From Lingula anatina (lineage: Eukaryota > Animalia > Brachiopoda), in assembly GCA_051362555.1 (NCBI GenBank), contig CM120641.1, positions 20,088,001-20,152,000 on the forward strand: a DNA stretch of 64,000 nt, written 5' to 3'. The notes under the pieces are model-generated. The model worked only from the letters and a program-made list of their open reading frames with translations, did no database searches and was not told the DNA's origin. Numbering within the stretch: the stretch's first letter is position 1; every line of letters begins with the position of its first letter. A program made the translations under genes and the position numbers. Below, one piece after another: positions 14,337-27,422 of this stretch.

Positions 14337-15995
14337 GCTCAGATAGGTATGTACGTAAGAGGAATCTTAGAAATTGTGTGAATGTTTGTCTACTTACATT
14401 GGTACTGCTTCCCATTTCTAGCACACACAGGTTTGGCATCAGCTGGACACTTGACCTGTTGGCACTTGCCACACTGACCTTTGTGGACAACAGTGACGTT
14501 GGTGCCACGGAAACAATTCCAATAATCAAGGTTATTTTCACCTAAATTAGGAAAAGGAGTATATAAATATATACATTTTATAGCCATCTCTTTAACATCA
14601 CAAGTATTTTTTTATAATGAAAAGCTATATATAAGATTGGACTTAGCAAATACAAGTGTTCAACAAAATCCAATTGTATATGGTCATTGAACATAATAAA
14701 CAACTAGTATATATAATGATGAGACTTATTCTAAAGGTGTTAAAACAGTTTTAAAGTCAATAAAGATTGAAATTTAACTTCTAAAATAAGCTACAGGAGT
14801 TTGTGGTTGCTTCACATCAGTTAGTAAGATCATTTGCATAATTAACATCTAGCATATGTGCATGCACATAAACATTGCACAGGAGATAGAAACTTACATG
14901 CATAACTTTGGTAGTCACTGCCACAAACATATGGATAGGGTGAGGGGCATCCTTTATACACACACTGTCTGTTGGTTGTACTTGGCAATTGTTGTGTAGA
15001 AACTGGAGGTTTAACAGTAGTGGAAACTTTGGCTGAGGTTGTTGTAGCCTCAGACAGCACAGCTGCAGTGGCAGTTGGTTTTTGGGTACTTGTTGGTTTT
15101 TTCGTGGTACTGGGGGTAGTTAATTCTGGGGTTGTCTTATAAGTGGTAGTGGTTTTAGTGGTAAGTGCTGAGCATTCCATGTCAGCAATTGCATTTATTT
15201 TTACAACAGACAGACATGATTCAACCTGCAACTCACAAAGGTTCCCTAAAATATCAGAATTTCAAATGAAAATCTTATAAATGCCAATCTTGTACCTAAG
15301 GCAAAGGACAATGATCTTCTGAACCCAAATAATTTAATGGCTGAAGGCCTAATTTCATAATATGCATTTTAAGAAATCATTTATTGGATCAATTGGATGA
15401 AAGGTAACAATTTTCCACAACTTTATATTATTTGTGGTACTGACAATAAGTCCTTCCATCAGAGCCACACACGGGAGTGTATTCCTCTGGACAGGGACTG
15501 TTACAATCAGCAGGTAGCTCACTCTGGACAGCAACTACAAACAGTCAGAACTTGATGATCATTATAAATGAAAGTCACATTAAAGGTATTGCTACATCTA
15601 AATTGTGAAGAAAATTGCCTGCCACTGAGAACTGCTGTGGAACAATGAAAACAAATGTTCACAGTTATCATGGCAGGAGAATCTTTGAAATGTCTAATTT
15701 TAATTTTTAGCAAAGCAAACTTTAACTTGTGGAATTGCTGCAACATATTCCACTAAATATAGAAATTTCATAAATGAGTTTAAATGAATTCATGCACAAG
15801 TTGCAGGTACCACTAATATAAACCAATAATAAAACACATAACTGCATGGAATATGCCAATCTAAATCTAAAAAGTTAACAATAAACATTTCTAAAGAATG
15901 CAGATGTAAAATCAAATTTTAAAAGAAATAAATACTAGACGGTTACCTGCAAAAGATAGAAGGACTAAAACAGTAGCCATTTTCTTCTCTAGCAT
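9758..15995 (-). CDS. Gene D: chimeric secreted multi-Kazal/mucin protein, ~10 domains (one incomplete), ~579 aa; exons 15995-15947, 15534-15445, 15245-14898, 14541-14398, 13938-13798, 12915-12820, 12426-12262, 11988-11860, 11347-11183, 10863-10726, 10277-10104, 9858-9758
   Basis: Signal MLEKKMATVLVLLSFA, head CPEEYTPVC, ends SCSWIDSLIG*. Exon sum 1740 nt, in frame if the remnant acceptor at 13108 is skipped. Carries internal deletions relative to gene E, so it could be a young pseudogene. Confidence 0.8.
13071..13108 (-). pseudogene. Truncated exon remnant inside gene D (first codons of the gene E exon 6 homologue)
   Basis: Acceptor and GT GCT AGT AGT G match 22937 onward, then the sequence jumps to intron DNA homologous to ~21990. 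Reads CASSDLYLSIVF*. Confidence 0.75.
14300..14336. repeat. (TG)n microsatellite; paralogous compound tract at 24132-24209
   Basis: Direct reading; same intron position in genes D and E. Confidence 0.95.
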
Positions 15996-17246
15996 CACGG
16001 AGGATTTGGCTTGAGTGAACACTACCTCAACACGGTTATACCAGTGAGATCTTATCAAGATGTTGTTTGAAAAGGATTTGTCATTCAAACAACCTTGTGC
16101 AGCTCAGTTATTTGGGTAGATGTTTCAAAGTCTTTCAACAGATACCACCCTCCTTAATCCTAGGACTACAGGTGTTTTATTTAATTTAAAAAAAAAATTA
16201 TATTTTTTTAAATTTATTAATTAATTTTATTTTTGACACACAGTGTTTAGGTTTAGCACAGGATACTCATTGTCATAAGAAAACCTATCAGATCATCTGA
16301 TATATCATAGGACTTAGGTACCTGGTAAATACATGCTTGTATCTGGGCATGGAAACATTATTCTCCCTGATTGAACCATTTAAGTGATATTGCAAAAATG
16401 CAAAACAATTTGAAAGAAATGGCAGAATATTCTAAATAGATTATAAAAAAAGTACTATATTCACATACAAGTATTTATTAAAGAACATGGGGATGCTTGT
16501 TTGATAAGTTACTACATGTATGTCTGGAGGTTGTACATGATAATTCCACATTGCATTTGTTGAGATTTCATTGACTGCATGGGACGTGTAAACAGCATAT
16601 TTTCTCTTGCTGTGACATATTTACATGCCTGTCTTTTTATCTGACCAGTTGTGTCTTACATGTATCGCATAGAACCCATGCTTTTATTCAGTAGTTTTAT
16701 TTAAAGCTTTCAATCATCCATACGCAGTTATAAATCTCCAACATTTCATCTCTTAACTCTTGTCAGTCTTTATTATGTGTCTATGAAATGTTGGATAAAT
16801 ATGAAAGATATGGATTTTTCTCTTACATGGAGGAATTTAATTTTTTTTTACCCTAAAGAGCAGGTTCTTATTATTTTGTAGAATGAAAAGTTGACCATTT
16901 TGCCTCATAAACAGGATGACTTGCTTCATGTACCAGTGCTTGTTAAAATTATGATAAATACAATAACACTATCAATTGTTCACAGCTAGCAGAAAAAGGT
17001 GTAGATCTAAGTGAAAAACAGTTCAAAATCTGTTATTATAATGAAGTTCTGTCATAGATCAGTGTTTATAGTGTTAAATATCAATAAATCCAACATAAAA
17101 AATCATGAAACCAGCATTTTCTTTTATTTCAGATGTAACATTTTGCACAATATCATTGATTTTTTAATATATGTGTTTGCATTTGTTAATTCAATTTAAG
17201 AATCCATCATATGCTGCTGTGTATATATAGGACCTGGGTAGTCCAG

Positions 17247-20200
17247 TTACCCAAAGATAGAATCAATCCAGCTGCAAGATTCAGCATACTTCACTTTAGG
17301 GTAGCCATTAGCTTTGCTACACTGAGCTCGAACAAGAGAACATCCATCTGCAAATTGAATATCAAAGTGAGCCGTGTACGTGTACTTCTGAATTAATCAC
17401 TGAAACAATGCTCCTGTACATATGTTAAATAATTTTACTTAAATGAAGCAAAAGTTCTGTACAATCAAGTGAAAATGTCTAGACTACCAAGTTTGATACA
17501 ACTTCTTACTGATTTAGCAAATGTTTGATTTACAATTTCATAAATGACAAATAATTTCTTATTTCACTACATGATTACTACTTACTGTATGTATGCCCAT
17601 TGTTGGCACAAAAGCTGGAGCTAACTGAGCAATTGTTAGCCTTATAGTCAGCACAGGCCTTGGCAACCATAGCTGTGATTGCAGGGTTGCATTTATCATA
17701 ATAAGCAACCTTGACACTAGTTCCATTACGGCAATTCCAGTAAGACAAAGCATTAAGACCTAGGGGTAAAGATGTTATTCATCAATATGTTATTGTAGAT
17801 GTAGATGTGTGCATTATATATGGAAATTGTATAATCATTCATATACACTAGCTGTTGTATATCCAGGCATCATTATCTCCAAATAAGCCACACAGCACAG
17901 AAGGGAAATTATTTTTTTCTCTCTTTTTTTTTTAATTCAGGTAGAGGTATTCATTTCAATTCCTCAAATCATCAAAGATTGCAGGCCAGATTTAAATGTT
18001 TAACATTAAATGTTATATCTTATCTGAATATACTTCATTTTTCATATTTAAGATGTTTTATGAGATTATTTAATTAGTTCAAATTCAAAATGCTCAAAAA
18101 TGGTGAAACTGTAATCTATTCTTTTATACAGTCACAGTTACTTTTAATGTGCAAATGACAGAAGTGTTTAAGTCAATTAAAGTGGATTATTTTCTTATAA
18201 CTAGTCATGTCTGCTTACATTGGTATGTCTGTCCATCAGTGCCACAGACAGCAGAGCTGGATGAAGAGCAGGAGAAGGAGGGACAACATGTCCCCTCATA
18301 CTCCACACTTACAGACTCATTGTAGAGGCAACTTGACCATTCCATGTGCTCCTTGCCTAAAAAAGAAGCAAGAGATGTAGGCAAAGAAAAGTTCCATTTT
18401 AATTTTCTGATTTTTTTTACTGGTTTCATTCTTACCTGCACTGTATGGCACTGGCAAATGCAAGCAGGGATCAGTGCAACCAAACCTCCCATGGTTCACA
18501 AAATGCCTTAAGTTGTCAATTTGTAATAAATTTTTCATCATCATCTACCTGTACCCTAGCTCATTTGTTCATCTCTGTCATGCTTATGAAAAAATGGAGT
18601 TACTTAATAATTTGGCATGGCACTTTGGTACTCAATTACTATTAAGTTACCCAAAAAGTCAACAGTCTACTTACAGTCATAATTTTTTCCATTACTACCA
18701 CATATGGGCTTACTATCAGCTGGACAAGGCTTCGCAGGGCACTTGGCATAAGTTGCTGGGGGTGCCACACAGCTGCCATAATGCAAAGCAGTGATGTTTG
18801 TTCCATTTCTGCAGTTCCAGTATTTAATGTCATTCTCACCTGTAAGAGATACAGTGTAAGATAATCTTAGGTGTGATGCTAACATCGAGCTATGTGTAAT
18901 TGATTCCATATGGTAGTAAAATATGTACAGTAAGTCATGAATGAAATACTAACAATGAACTTGCAAATTGATGCAGATCTATAGATATTTCTTAAAATGA
19001 AAAAAAATTAGGCTGCCTGGGCAAATAAGTACTCTGCACCTTTTTTGAATTAAAAAAGCATCAGATCCAAGGATCATTCAAATTCAAATATCAGTATTCC
19101 TTGGCAACACAACATGGAACTGGGAGTATATGTTATCAGTTTGCAGGTGAGCAAAAAGAACTATTTACATAATCACAATGAATTTTTCAAGTTTGAAAGT
19201 ACCCCTGTAAATGTAGGGCTAATCCTAATAACCTCTTCCCCTTTTAGTCACTCTTCAACCTTTTTTTTATCAAAACACAGTTGCAGTTTTTCCCATCACT
19301 CCTGCAAACTGTCTGGAGATAAAATCATTATCTAACATTTTCAGTAAACTTACAGTTATAGTTTTTCCCATCATTCCCACACACAGTTCTGGAGTTATAA
19401 CTACATGGAACTCGTGTGCAACATTGCCATGGCAGCACAGTACTGTTATGGAGGCAGTTCATGTAGTCAAGAAATCCTTTACCTGAGTGGAGAAAATAAA
19501 CATAACTCTTTGCTTTCACTTGAAGTTCTTCACATCAAATTTATGATCAAAATTTTTAATGTAAATTATTATTAAATGTTTATAATTCAGGTCAGAAAAT
19601 GAAATGATTTTTGTGGACATATTCAAAGCAAGTCTTATTAATTGATTAATATATAATTTCAATAAAAAAATATTCACTCTTATTAAATTATTTAATCTTA
19701 AACTCAATTATTTAATGTATTAGTACAGCCAAAATTAAATCTGTAAATATCACTTACATGCATATTTCTTTCCATCATTTCCACAAATCTGAGTATCATT
19801 GCTGGAACATTCATTCAGGTCACATTTGGCATACTGGCCAGGTTTGGCAGTACAATACCCAGTGTGGACTGCCTTCACTGAGGAACCACGCCTACAGTTC
19901 CAATAGTCCAGGCTCTTCTGACCTATAATGAAAAAATTCGAAAAAGAGGGGTGTGATTTTTTTCAAAAACTGGATGGGGGTGTCAGAGGTCCCTCAAGTA
20001 GGTCTAATTCTAATAACCTCTTCCCCTTTCAGTCACCATTCAACCTTTCCTGTCAACGTACAGTTGCAGTTTTCCCAGCACTCCCACACAATGTCCCTGA
20101 AGATAAAATCTTCATCTGTCCTTTTCAGTAAACTTACAGTTATAGTTTTTCCCATCATTCCCACACACAGCTCTGGAGTAATAACCACAGGAAACTCGTG

Positions 20201-23200
20201 TGCAACATTGCCATGGCAGCACAGTACTGTTATGGAGGCAGTTCATGTAGTCAAGAAATCCCTTACCTGAGTGTAAAAAAAAAAAAACTCTTTGACTTTG
20301 TTTTGAAACAATTTTCATACACGGTAAAAGCATACAATTATTTTTTTTCTCATTAAGTTTTTCAAATTTAGTTTTAAGTGTATAACTGTGATTCGGAATC
20401 TGTGAGATGTAAAAAAAATGACGATCATAATGTTGATATCAAAAATACAGAATGTTTGATATGAAAAAATTACTTTATTTGTACATTTAAGATAAAAAAA
20501 TGAAATGACTTTTGTAGACATATATACAATGAAAAGTCTTATTAATTGACTGATATGAAATTTGTTCTTTCAAAAAGCTATTTCACATCTAATCAGATGT
20601 ATTGATACAGCCAAAATAAAATCTGTAAACATCACTTACATGCATATTTCTTTCCATCATTTCCACAGATCTGAGTATCATTGCTGGAACATTCATTCAG
20701 ATCACATTTGGCATACTGGCCAGGTTTGGCAGTACAATACCCAGTGTGGACTGCCTTCACTGAGGAACCACGCCTACAGTTCCAGTAGTCCAGGCTCTTC
20801 TGACCTAGAAGGGGAAAAAATCTTATAAATTTTCTCCGAGATATAAGAATTACCTGATGCTAATAAGAAATGTAGGCATGCAGTTAATGTGAGAATATGA
20901 CTTAAAATATTATCATTCTTGACTATAATTTTAGCTGTTAGACATCTTGGCAACTGATATCAAATACATTTGTAACACATGAAAAAATGATGTTACATTC
21001 TGCAAATCGAGTATGAAATAAAACTCATGATGAAGAAGAGGATGATTCATTTAAAAAAATCCACAAGTTGAGTGTGGGTCAAAATTACTTTAAAATAACA
21101 TGGTGATTATAAAGTTTATTTTCTTAAAGACTAAATAAAGTGTACTTACATGAATATGTGGTTCCATCACTTCCACAGACATAATCTTCCCATGATCTAC
21201 ATGTTGTAGTTGGGCAACAATTGTATGCCAATGCACTTTCATTTCTGACACAGTTCATGTAGTCCAGAGACTCCTTGCCTATACAAAAAACAAATGATTA
21301 TAAATGAATTGATGTGCTAAGCACATATCTTGGGTTTTGGCATACTTCCATGAAAAATTATGTAAACCTTACTTTTTCATTTACTTAAAAAAAAAAAAAA
21401 CAAGGCAATTTTTTTCTAGGCTACAAATGGGCAGTAATTTTGGTAACGTAAATTTAGGTCTGTGGCTAAAGTACACTTTATCAAAATATTATTATTACTG
21501 ATTTTAGACACTGGAAGTACATGAAGTCTTATGTTTCCATATTGCTTAACACGGAATTTAAAATTCTTAAACACAAAAAGAATCCCTCCTTGTGGTTTCT
21601 TGTGGGCTTTGCTAGTTCAGGTTTGATCACTGTCTTACTTACAATCATATCTCCTGTTAGTGTCACTGGCACATACGGGTTTGCTGTCATTTGCACATTC
21701 TTTAAGGACACACTTGGAATACTGTCCCGCCACTTCACAGTATCCTGAGTGGGCTATCTTGGTGTTGGTGCCATTCCTACAGTTCCAGTAATCTATGCTG
21801 TTTTCACCTGAAGTTCAGTAGAAATATCTATAATTTTTTTATCAAATAATGAGAGTTGTACTTTTGCTTTATGGCAGAATTGCAACTCTGCTAGCTATGT
21901 TATCATTTTTACAATTAAGGCATTTATGGAGATTGAGTGTTCATTTGGGGATTCTAGAAAACTGATGTTAAAATACAAATGGATAAATACTGAACATTGT
22001 TTTCAATTTTAGTTTTAACAGCTCATGATGGTGTTTTTAACAGCTTATATTCACACAAAAATATATGCTGTTTTGATATCTTTTCTTATTACAGCTAATT
22101 ATAACTTTTACATTTTTTATTGTTTTGATAACTGCATTAAAAAACTCACACTGGTAGTTTTTGCCATCAGTTCCACATTGCACATCTCTGTAACGGCAGC
22201 CCTTGTGAGTGCAGCATTTGGCTACTTTAATACTAGTCTGATACACACAGTTTAAGTAATCAAGCCTTTCTTTACCTGGAAATATCAACAAGTGTTTTGC
22301 AAGTTTAAGCAACGAAAGCCAGAAATCACACAAAAACTGTGTACCACATGTTTTAATGAAAGTTTGAGTACCAGTATATCAGGTACTTAAGACATATTTT
22401 ATTGACTGAAAGTTTCTAACAGTATAGATATTATGAATGAAAAGGTTTGTAAGTATTACCAATATAGATATCTTCTAGTATACAAGGTAAATCACACTAT
22501 AGGAGTGCATGGTTATAGGCAAAGTTACATTTCTTAACATTAGTATGTAGCCAGCAATTAAAAAAAAATTGTGTTCTTTTTTGGAAAAAGTTTATCTTTT
22601 TACCACAAAAGCTACTGGTGCTTCTTTTTATTCAAATTTTGACATAAAGTTGACTTTTTCCTGGCCAAAAGGGTGTTTTGATTGACCCTCCCCCACTCTC
22701 CCAACCTAACTCTGCCTATGGGCTTAACTGTCTTAACAGATATTGCTCAATGTTTTTGTTCCACACACATACATGCATACTGTTTTCCATCATTTCCACA
22801 CACTTGTGTACTGTTGGGAGCACATTCATTCAGTGAACACTTGGAGAAGGAAGTAGCAGAAGTCCTGCATGACCCAGTGTGAGCAACTTGAACAGTGTTG
22901 TTGTTTCTGCAGTTCCAGTATGTAACACTACTAGCACCTTGATGAAAAAATAAGAACTTAATTATTCATGTCATATTTTTCTTTCAAATATGACTGTATG
23001 TTCACTGAAAAAAGAACAATGTTAACACATACACTTTACAGACTTGTTATTGAAGTTGTTGGGATGGAATTCGATGTTTATCAGTATGTACAACTTAACA
23101 AGATAATTAAAAAAGAATTCCAAAACTTGGACAATACTTGACTATAAAAACAAAATATAAATTTAAAAATAAAATATCTATCTTAAATATTGTATGTTAG

Positions 23201-24428
23201 GTAAGAAGGTTCTATTAAAGGTTTTATTTTGGATTGGGGGATAACAGTGTAAACATCACGTAAAATTAATTTTCTGGTGTCATTTATAATTTTCCAGTAT
23301 TTCTAATCATTTTATTTCCAGTACAGTCACTTTCATCTAAAGTTCCAAACCTCTAAATTATTCTAAAAATATAAAATATTAAGACCATACTTCTTTTAAC
23401 TTGTTTTAGTTAAGTGAACAATTTAAATGCATATGCTTTCTATACATATATGCACTTGCTTTGTACAAAAACTCCTTTTAGTGCTGGAGCAGTATTTTTA
23501 CTTCTTAAAAATGATGCAACATGCTACAAATAATGATTATCATTAGGTAAATAAAAATGGCTGCGTTATGAAAAGGTTAATTCCACATACCATCTATTCA
23601 CCTCTGAACATTCAACTCCAAGATGTATACTCACAACTGTAGGTTTTTCCATCTGTACCACATACACTACTATCGCTATAGTAACAACGTCTTATGTTTT
23701 CACAACACTGGCCTTCATATAGGATTCCTATCCTGGTGTCCTGCAAACAGTTCGAGTAATCAAGGGCCTCTTTACCTGAAAAGCATGTAAACTTGCATAA
23801 GATGAGACAATATTACCAAATAATTGTGGCGCAAATGTGGTCAAGGAACCTGTTATAATGTATAAAAATGATTTTACATGTAAATAATAGTTATTTCTCA
23901 CTTATTGTATTTGCATAATTTTGCTGTTTTTCTTTAAGTATGAATGACTTTAAATGAAATCTCTTTTAGCGACATTATGTTAACTTTTTTAAATAATAAA
24001 AGGGTATAATAAGTATAATAAGTTAGGTAAAAATCTATTTAAACTTCATTGTGACTACGTAGGAACAGTTTCTCTATTTTCTAGTGGTTGACCACCTCTC
24101 TGTTAAAACCGTACATGTATGCATGCATGCCTGTGTGTGTGTGTGTGTGTGCGTGTGTGTGTGCATGTGTGCGTGCGTGCGTGCATGTGTGTGTGTGTGT
24201 GTGCGTGTGCTCAGATAGGTATGTGCGTAAGAGGAATCTTAGAAATTGTGTGAATGTTTGTCTACTTACATTGGTACTGCTTTCCATTTCTAGCACACAC
24301 AGGTTTAGCATCAGCTGGACACTTGACCTGTTGGCACTTGCCACACTGACCTTTGTGGACAACAGTGACGTTGGTGCCACGGTAACAATTCCAATAATCA
24401 AGGTTATTTTCACCTAAATTAGGAAAAG

Positions 24429-24470
<42 letters not shown>

Positions 24471-26595
24471 TCATTGGACATAATTAACAGCTAGTATATA
24501 ATGATGAGACTTATTCTAAATGTGTTAAAACAGTTTTGAAGTCAATAAAGATTGAAATTTACCTTCTAAAATAAGCTACAGGAGTTTGTGGTTGCTTCAC
24601 ATCAGTTAGTAAGATCTTTTGCATAATTTACATCTACAATATGTGCATGCACATAAACATAGCACAGGAGATAGAAACTTACATGCATAGCTGTGGTAGT
24701 CACTGCCACAAACATATGGATAGGGTGAGGGGCATCCTTTATACACGCACTGTCTTTTGGTTGTACTTGGCAACTGTTGTGTAGAAACTGGGGTTTTAAC
24801 AGTAGTGGAAACTTTGGCTGAGGTTGTTGTAGCCTTAGACAGGACAGCTGCAGTGGCAGTTGGTTTTTGGCTGGCAATTGATTTTTGAGTACTTGCTGGT
24901 TTTCTCGTGGAAGTTAATTCTGGGGTGGTTGTTGGTTCTGGTGTGGTCAGTTCTACAGTGGTTGTGGGTTTAGGAGTGGTAAGTTCAGGAGTTGATGTAG
25001 TTGGAACAGTTGTGGATTTTATAGTTGTGGTTGGTTTAGGGGTAGTAGTTGGTTCTGGGGTAGTTGTGGTTGGTTCTGGAGTGGTTGTGGTTGGTTCTGG
25101 GGTGGTTGTAGTTGGCTTGGTGATAGTGGTTGGTTTTGGTGTTGTATATTTTGAGCATTCTCCGGGCCCTAGACTGAAAAGAGTCTGCCCTTGCTGTTTC
25201 ATCAGGCACTCTGATATCTCCAGTTCACAAGCATTTCCTTAAAAAAATGTAAAAGTAAAAGATTATGTTTTAATTTTCCTCCGTAAAAAGTGTTACTTAA
25301 ATTAAAACCTTTGATTTTAAGGGTATGTTATCATTGAGATAGTAAAAATGAGGTTTTAACTGCATCTGATTATTCAATAATGCATTTACCTTTGTGCATA
25401 TTTACAACAATAAAAATTCCCTCAAAAATATTAAATATCAGCGTTTATATTTCTCATTGCTATGTATAATAAGCATAGGCAAACTCAAAGCTTTTATTGT
25501 CAATTTAACATCTTTCAACTTTTAGCTGAGACAGCAATCCGTATGGGGCATAACTTCATCTCTGAACATGACTTTTATTACAAAAAAATGGCATAGTTGA
25601 CCACAAGTGTATGGGCTTCAATCCCATGCTGTCATATTTTTATTATTGACAAGCCCCTAATTACAGATTTTGCATTAAACAAAGGTATTACTTTGCTTTA
25701 TCAATGAAAAAAAATCTAAACTTTGACTTATAAGAAAAATTGCAGGCAGGGTTTTTGAGTACTAAATGGTGTCATTAAATTGGTGTTTAAATGGTGTTAA
25801 TGGGTGCTTATGTAAAGGAGAAATTTGAGAAAAAAACTATTTTTCTATTTTTACTCCAAAATTACAATTGTGAAGTCACCCATAAGATAAATGTGTGTAA
25901 ATATTAATTAATTAAGTCACTGAACACTAACACTGAATATTCATCTGTAATCCACCAAATGTATGTCGCAGGCAGTAAATATGGAGTTTTTGGCAAATGG
26001 TTTGAGTGTCCTTTATTAAGACTTGCCCAGCTAGCAACCCATATTTCAGATCATAATCTTATTCTAAAATGTATTTGACACAAAATGTTACTGTGGTAAT
26101 TCCAGCAATCATTCTTTGCCAAAATTTAACATAAATTCAAGACAAATATATGTATAATCTGTGTGCATCATGACCAGTGGAGCTACATGTATACTGAAAC
26201 ATGTTTAGGCACACATATACACAAATACAGTTACATAGATGTGTATTACTGGGAATAGATGAGGGTCTTACCATATGTCCTTGAATCACTTCCACACACA
26301 GGGTTATACTCTTCTGGACAAACTTTGGCACAGCCAGATTCTTGGCATTTCACAAAACTGCTGGTCACTAGGAATGAATAAATTTAATAATTAATTGACA
26401 GAAACTATAATCAAAAGAGGATGTACAGAAAATGCTCTTATAAGTTCCTGTATTTTTAAACTGTTTTACAATTATTTATTATATTAAGAGAATGCCTAAT
26501 TTTTTATTCAATCAAATACTTAACATACAGGTATTTCATATAAAAAGTTAATATATACCTGTTAGACACAGCAGAAAAAAGGTCTTCATCATCAT
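17247..26595 (-). CDS. Gene E: secreted 15-domain Kazal-like/mucin-stalk protein, ~907 aa; exons 26595-26559, 26367-26272, 25237-24683, 24413-24270, 23775-23635, 22937-22773, 22275-22150, 21807-21643, 21278-21150, 20804-20640, 20266-20138, 19922-19758, 19482-19354, 18839-18675, 18356-18219, 17759-17586, 17347-17247
   Basis: Signal MMMKTFFLLCLT-VTSSFVKC, head [31 protein letters not shown] stalk, 13 variant domains, ends SCSWIDSIFG*. Exon sum 2724 nt, all GT-AG phase 1. Confidence 0.92.
24431..24468. repeat. (AT)n microsatellite just upstream of a gene E splice acceptor
   Basis: Direct reading. The equivalent intron of gene D has ~130 bp of other sequence here instead. Confidence 0.95.
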
Positions 26596-27422
26596 AGGTG
26601 TCTTCTTGTATGTGTGCCAGGCAGCGTGCACTTGATAAGGACACCTGAGAAGACTGTGGGTAGCGGAACAGCTGTATGGGATGTGGTGGTGTATATCTGT
26701 TCCACAGTCACAGTCTGAACTTGATAACCACCAGGTCTGTCAATGTGATATTGATTTCAATGTGCGCCGCATGGCAGATGACTTTAAATGAAGATAAAAT
26801 AAAAAAGAAGATAGAGAGAGAAAAAATGAGGTGGTGCAAATTAAGGCAGTTTTCAGAAAGTCATTCCCCCTCCTCCTTTTCCCCTCTTTAAATTGTATTA
26901 ATTTTACTCCTTGAATCCTTGGGGAGAAGTAATAAATAGCTACCTATTTTTTAATTAAATTTTTATCTGTCTCTACTATTATTATTCATCAATCACAATA
27001 AATGAAACGTTGTCTTTCATTATGTTCAGTAAATAAATCAATGGTTATACCCAGTTCAATAAGAGTTTTGAACAATGTTGCAGATACCTGTCAATTTTAT
27101 TTTTTCAATTCTAAATTAAGCAGTATCCATGGAAAAGGTATCTGGACTTTTGACTTATGCACCACCAGTGTTAAATCTTTTATTTGTAACTTTTAAAACA
27201 ATAATACATGCATTTCAATTGTAATAAACTATTTGTTTGTTAAACTAATTGGTTAGTTTGTTAGCTAAGTGGGTGAGTAATTAATTGTTTTGTAAATTAG
27301 TTACATTTAAAGATTCAAGTACATAAGCACTCAAAAGACATATACAAAGAGTAACAGAGGTTTATTTCACCACAGAATGCTAACAGAAAATAAAAATCTG
27401 TCACAAATGAGTGTCAATTTTT

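Larger units (their letters stand above)
7730..24900. repeat. Tandem segmental duplication: ~7730-15130 and ~15130-24900
   Basis: Exons, introns and intergenic DNA align between the copies, e.g. 8540-9750 vs 16000-17240, 10700-12430 vs 18190-19930, 13100-15100 vs 22930-24890. Boundaries are approximate. Confidence 0.9.
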
